This document shows positions 59,868 through 64,000 of a stretch of 64,000 nt of DNA, in pieces. Positions within the stretch are counted from its first letter, which is position 1; each line of letters begins with the position of its first letter. A model generated the notes under the pieces. It searched no databases, was not told where the DNA came from, and saw only the letters and a program-made list of their open reading frames with translations. The translations under genes were made by a program, and so were the position numbers. The stretch is from Patescibacteria group bacterium AH-259-L05 (lineage in GTDB: Bacteria; Patescibacteriota; Patescibacteriia; UBA2591; UBA6264), in contig JALLOO010000001.1 in NCBI GenBank assembly GCA_027717985.1, forward strand, positions 80,534 through 144,533, given 5' to 3'.

Positions 59868-60769
59868 CCGTTATTTTTTTTAATATATAATTGTATAATC
59901 GAGCCCTTTTTAATCAATGCTTCAAAAGCCGTAAAAGGATAAACAATGATTTGCAATAACATATAAATTATCAATAAATGTTTTGGATATTTACCTTGAT
60001 ACGTTTTTCTAATTCTTTTTGGTGTAAAAATAGGAAACAACGATAAGACCAGTGCGCTTGATGATGTTTTATGTGAAAAGTATTTAACTTTCTCTATTTT
60101 TAGATTGTTATAAGCCTTAATCAAATATTTTAATGACTTTAAATTAAAATGGTTTAAATGAATGGGTATTTGTAATGGTTGCCATTTTTTCTTAAATAAC
60201 TTATAGCCCAAAGAATTAATATTTGGTAATTCAATTATTAATATACCTTCAGGTTTTAATAATTCCACAGCCTTTTCTAGAGATTTTTTTGGATTATATA
60301 AATGCTCAAGCACATGAAGACAAACAATAGCCTTAAACTGCTCATGATTAAAATTTGAATTTTCTATTGTTGTGTTAATTAAATTTTTATTTTGATAGCT
60401 TTTGTTATATAAGTCTATGCCTAAGCAGTTAAAATTAGTTTTATTTAATAAATTCACAAAAGATCCATCACCAGCGCCCCAATCTAGTATTTGGTCGCTC
60501 TCAGAAGCATTTTTCTTTAAATATTTAATAATGTTATACACTCTAATCTTATAAAACAAACCTAAAAGACCTTGTGAAAGGCAGCCTGGCTTTTGCCAAT
60601 ATTCTTCATTATAGTATTTGTTTAATTGTTCTTGATTTGGGACTGGATCAGTGCTTACAAATGAACATATTAAACATTGTTTTAATGAATAAATTTCATT
60701 AAATGATGTTTTATAATCAGATAGCAATGTTTTAAACTGATCTCTATTACAAATTCTACATTTTTCCAT
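59864..60769 (-). CDS. Class I SAM-dependent methyltransferase with N-terminal Cys4 ribbon
   Basis: CRICN...CLICSF, ILDWGAGDGSF and AIVCLHVLEHL. Confidence 0.7.
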   Translation of the reverse strand: MEKCRICNRDQFKTLLSDYKTSFNEIYSLKQCLICSFVSTDPVPNQEQLNKYYNEEYWQKPGCLSQGLLGLFYKIRVYNIIKYLKKNASESDQILDWGAGDGSFVNLLNKTNFNCLGIDLYNKSYQNKNLINTTIENSNFNHEQFKAIVCLHVLEHLYNPKKSLEKAVELLKPEGILIIELPNINSLGYKLFKKKWQPLQIPIHLNHFNLKSLKYLIKAYNNLKIEKVKYFSHKTSSSALVLSLFPIFTPKRIRKTYQGKYPKHLLIIYMLLQIIVYPFTAFEALIKKGSIIQLYIKKNNG

Positions 60770-60772
60770 AAT

Positions 60773-61516
60773 TTAATTTGTATGAGTTGGCTTTTGAGCC
60801 TTAACAAAATAATTTAGCGTATAATTCCTTTTTTTATCAATAAAATCAATGGAACTTAGTATTGACGGAATAATTAAGACAAATAATAAATATGAAATTA
60901 ATTCGAAAGGAAAAAATAACACTCTTACAGTACGATTTTTTATTTGCCAAAACATTGTTTTTGGGAGAACCGTAAGTCGATTTGCTAAATATTTAAAATA
61001 ACCGCATGAAGGTTTTATATAAATTACTTTAAATCCTGTGCTTTGCAGAATATGTTGCAAGCCAAAGTTTGTATATCGATAATAATCATGAGGTGCTTGA
61101 TGAACGCCCCAACCTTGAGGCGCAGAAATATAAATTGTTCCACCTGGTTTTAGAATGCGAAAAATTTCATTTAATACTTTTTTAGGCTCTTTAACGTGTT
61201 CAAGTACTTGTGTACAAATGACACTATCAAATTTATTATCAGAAAAGGGAGTATTTTCTAAATCATAAACATAATCTAATTTGCTATAATCCCACGTATC
61301 ATCTCCATAAGCTATATCAACGGCAACATACTTTTGTTTATTAAATATTGATTTATATTGGCACTGTCCTGCACCTGCATCAAGAACAGTTTTATTTGGG
61401 CCTATGTCTTTTGCAGCAGAAATTAAAAATTTGCGAATGTCATATTCGCTGCTTGATATAGTTCTTTTTATAAAGTTTGGACAATATTTGTTATAAATTG
61501 TACTTAAAATTTTCAT
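60773..61516 (-). CDS. Class I SAM-dependent methyltransferase (type 11) with C-terminal hydrophobic segment
   Basis: VLDAGAGQCQY, FDSVICTQVLEHV, and a C-terminal FFPFELISYLLFVLIIPSIL segment. Confidence 0.7.
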   Translation of the reverse strand: MKILSTIYNKYCPNFIKRTISSSEYDIRKFLISAAKDIGPNKTVLDAGAGQCQYKSIFNKQKYVAVDIAYGDDTWDYSKLDYVYDLENTPFSDNKFDSVICTQVLEHVKEPKKVLNEIFRILKPGGTIYISAPQGWGVHQAPHDYYRYTNFGLQHILQSTGFKVIYIKPSCGYFKYLANRLTVLPKTMFWQIKNRTVRVLFFPFELISYLLFVLIIPSILSSIDFIDKKRNYTLNYFVKAQKPTHTN

Positions 61517-61520
61517 ACAA

Positions 61521-63026
61521 TTACATATAACCTAATGATTTTAATTTTTTAATTGTGTCATCGTCTTGGCTCTGTTTAGCCCCAATTTTATGGCGCTTTT
61601 GATGTAAAAATTTGTTTAAAGAATTTTCTAGGCTTTTCGAAATATCCTGTTCAATCTCATATAAATTTACTGTCTCCCCCGGATCGTTTTTGATATTGTA
61701 TAATTCTCTTTTTGAATTTCTTTGTTTTTTTAATTTTTCTTCAATTTTTGTATATAAATTTTTTTGTTTACGAATAATAAAATTGTCCCAGAATTTTTGT
61801 AATAAAAAAATTCTGTATTTTTTATTCTTCCAAAATCTATAACAGAACATTTTGAACAAAACAAATATATTTTTTATTGATTTATTTTCTATGATTTTCT
61901 CAGGTTCCCTAATTAATTTCCATTCATTGGTTCTATAAACAATACGTTTATTTTCAAAATATTTTGGAAAATACGTTTCAGAATATATGAAATCCTTTAT
62001 TTTTTGCTCTTTAGTTGATTGGTCTTTTAGTATATCTAAAATATTTTTACCAATTACATTCTCTGGCATTTTAAATTTAAACCTATTTATTATCGTTGGG
62101 AAAATATCGCCATTACTCACTAAACAATTTACCTTTTTTTCTTTAACGTCTTTTGCCATAGGTCCACTAATGATCAAAGGGATTCTTATAATACTTTCAT
62201 ATAATGTTCTACCATGTCCAATATATTCGTGTTCACCCAAACTTTCTCCATGATCACTAGTAAAAATAATTGAAGTATTTGAATTTAGATTGTTATTGTT
62301 AATAACATTAATTATTTTACCAATACAATCATCAATATTTTTAACGCCACCTTCATAAAGTTCTTTAAATTGATTAATATCGCTTTCTTTTAGCTCTAAA
62401 TTGCCTTTATTAAATTCTTCTGCTTGTTTTACTGATCCATTTATAATGCCAACATATTCTTGGGACTCCTTGCGTATAAAACGCTTTGGCGGTGAATACG
62501 GAAGATGTACATCCCAAAAGTGTAGGAAAAGCATGAATTTATTATCTTTGTTTTTTTTAATCCATTTAATAGCCAAGTCTGTTATAACTTCTCCCCAACG
62601 AAAAATAACTTCATTTTGTGTGTCTGAAATAATTTTTCTATCATTATAAAATCCTTGCGTTTCAAAGACGTCATTATAATAATCAAAACCGCGGTCAAAA
62701 CCACGAGTTTTATCTAAAACAAAAGAGCCTATTATTGCTCCGGTTTTATAGTCATTTTTTTTGAAAATTTCACCTAAAGTAGTAAATCTATCGCTCATTA
62801 CATATGAAAATTCTCTTACGCCGTGTTGAAATGGATAAACGCCAGTTAGTAAGGTACTAAAAACTACCGGAGTGACAGTTGATACGGTAAATGCATTATT
62901 AAAAATACAGCCATTTTGAGCTAAATTATCAATGTTTATTGTTTCACTTTTGTCATAACCATAACACGACAAATAATCAGGCCTTAAAGAATCTATAAGA
63001 ATGAATATTAGGTTTTTATGACCCAC
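61521..63026 (-). CDS. Sulfatase-like (alkaline-phosphatase superfamily) protein, paralogue of 39452-40972
   Basis: NLIFILIDSLRPDYLSCYGY and FTSDHGESLGEH. No C/S-x-P-x-R motif. Shares the C-terminal LKSLGY-type ending with the other copy. Confidence 0.7.
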   Translation of the reverse strand: MGHKNLIFILIDSLRPDYLSCYGYDKSETINIDNLAQNGCIFNNAFTVSTVTPVVFSTLLTGVYPFQHGVREFSYVMSDRFTTLGEIFKKNDYKTGAIIGSFVLDKTRGFDRGFDYYNDVFETQGFYNDRKIISDTQNEVIFRWGEVITDLAIKWIKKNKDNKFMLFLHFWDVHLPYSPPKRFIRKESQEYVGIINGSVKQAEEFNKGNLELKESDINQFKELYEGGVKNIDDCIGKIINVINNNNLNSNTSIIFTSDHGESLGEHEYIGHGRTLYESIIRIPLIISGPMAKDVKEKKVNCLVSNGDIFPTIINRFKFKMPENVIGKNILDILKDQSTKEQKIKDFIYSETYFPKYFENKRIVYRTNEWKLIREPEKIIENKSIKNIFVLFKMFCYRFWKNKKYRIFLLQKFWDNFIIRKQKNLYTKIEEKLKKQRNSKRELYNIKNDPGETVNLYEIEQDISKSLENSLNKFLHQKRHKIGAKQSQDDDTIKKLKSLGYM

Positions 63027-63037
63027 TTAAAATTAAT

Positions 63038-64000
63038 TTAAACGTTTCTCATTAAAACTAGTTTTAAAATATAGAATTTTTGAACCTTCCTATTTTTAAG
63101 TACAATACACCTTTTCTTTGAATAAAGAGGTAAATAAAAAAGAGCAATTATCATACAAATCATTGAAAAGAAGGCAAGAGGAATAGACAATAGTAATTTT
63201 TGAATAAATGGAATTCGTAATTCTACTATTTTAAATAAGTTCCCTACAAATAGCATTGGGAAAAAGATTACGAATTCAATATTTGTCATATTTTTATAAA
63301 AAGCAAAAACTCTATTCATAATTGCTTTAGCGGCAATTTTTAAATGAAATAAATTAAACTTTGGATTGCTATAATGTAGATGAAAAATAATTGAATCTCG
63401 TACGGCGCATATTTTTAAGCCTAGATTATGAAGCCTCATTGATAAATCTGTATCCTCAACGTACATTTTAAATTGTTCATCAAAAAGATACCCTAATTTC
63501 TTAATTGTTTTTTTAGTAATAATAAATGCACCGCCTGAAAGTATTTTTGGGTATAATATTTTTTTGTTTTTGTTTTTATAATATTTCCCATAGCCAAAGA
63601 TAGATAAACTATAATAATATAGACAATTTAAAAACGAAGATCTGTCCATAGTCTTAAATTCTTTAGTTTCTGGCATAAGCATGTTTGATGTACATGCTCC
63701 AATATTATCATGACCAATAATTTTTTGCACAAGGTTTTTAAGCCAGTGCTGATGACAAATAATGTCTTGATTGAGGAATGCAAGATATTTATACTTGGCG
63801 TGCTTTATGGCATGGTTATTGCCAGCGGCAAAGCCAACATTGCTATACAATACCATGTATCTAACTTTTTTGAACTCTTTAGTGATAGAAATGGTATTGT
63901 CTGTTGAGGCATTATCAACAACAATAATTTCATATTTTTCTCTTGGATAAGATTGGTCCTCTAAGGATTTTAATAGATTTCTAATATATTTGCTTCCATT
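63038..64000 (-). CDS. Glycosyltransferase family 2 (5' end beyond the window edge)
   Basis: The frame stays open to nt 64000. Hand translation of 63857-64000 gives ...YEIIVVDNASTDNT..., followed by NVGFAAGNN, FLNQD and VEDTDLSMR. Confidence 0.75.
   Translation of the reverse strand, partial: NGSKYIRNLLKSLEDQSYPREKYEIIVVDNASTDNTISITKEFKKVRYMVLYSNVGFAAGNNHAIKHAKYKYLAFLNQDIICHQHWLKNLVQKIIGHDNIGACTSNMLMPETKEFKTMDRSSFLNCLYYYSLSIFGYGKYYKNKNKKILYPKILSGGAFIITKKTIKKLGYLFDEQFKMYVEDTDLSMRLHNLGLKICAVRDSIIFHLHYSNPKFNLFHLKIAAKAIMNRVFAFYKNMTNIEFVIFFPMLFVGNLFKIVELRIPFIQKLLLSIPLAFFSMICMIIALFYLPLYSKKRCIVLKNRKVQKFYILKLVLMRNV

Overview
This 64-kb window comes from a low-GC, tightly packed bacterial genome. Standard genetic code: TGA, TAA and TAG all terminate well-conserved genes. 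A short AlaRS without a C-Ala domain, compact overlapping operons and the gene content suggest an uncultivated, reduced-genome (CPR/Patescibacteria-like) lineage, but that is inference only.

Layout:
(i) 1-19.2 kb, + strand, housekeeping genes: MraY/WecA-type transferase, a VirD4/TraD-like ATPase, alaS, scpA, scpB, tRNA-Arg(CCG), a Mur ligase, rpoB, rpoC, ftsK, a rodZ-like gene and recA.
(ii) 19.3-24.4 kb, - strand, a small islet of toxin-antitoxin/defence-type genes: HEPN/MNT pair, DUF4143 AAA ATPase, DUF218 protein, RelE-like pair, and hicB plus a nonsense-interrupted hicA.
(iii) 22.9-64 kb, - strand, a roughly 40-kb Wzx/Wzy/Wzz-type glycan cluster that runs off the right edge. It encodes three DegT aminotransferases, six SAM methyltransferases, a formyltransferase, a WbuX/HisH/HisF-like amidotransferase trio, AsnB, a split transketolase, two sulfatase-like proteins, several GT4/GT2 enzymes, and a GT39 fused to three lectin-like repeats.

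The most unusual signal is not a gene. Two families of short GC-rich palindromic repeats occur in 5' leaders and also in frame inside essential genes (alaS, rpoC twice, the rodZ-like gene, the wzz-like gene, the galE-like gene). One of these is a 13-copy, 24-bp tandem array inside alaS.

Other points of note: an unannotated 59-aa Cys/His-rich ORF flanked by 21-nt direct repeats; perfect DnaA-box 9-mers upstream of three predicted promoters; a consensus promoter overlapped by 10-bp phased repeats next to a small HTH gene; and a hicA with an in-frame TAG.

All functional calls rest on motifs I recognise in the supplied translations. No database search was run.
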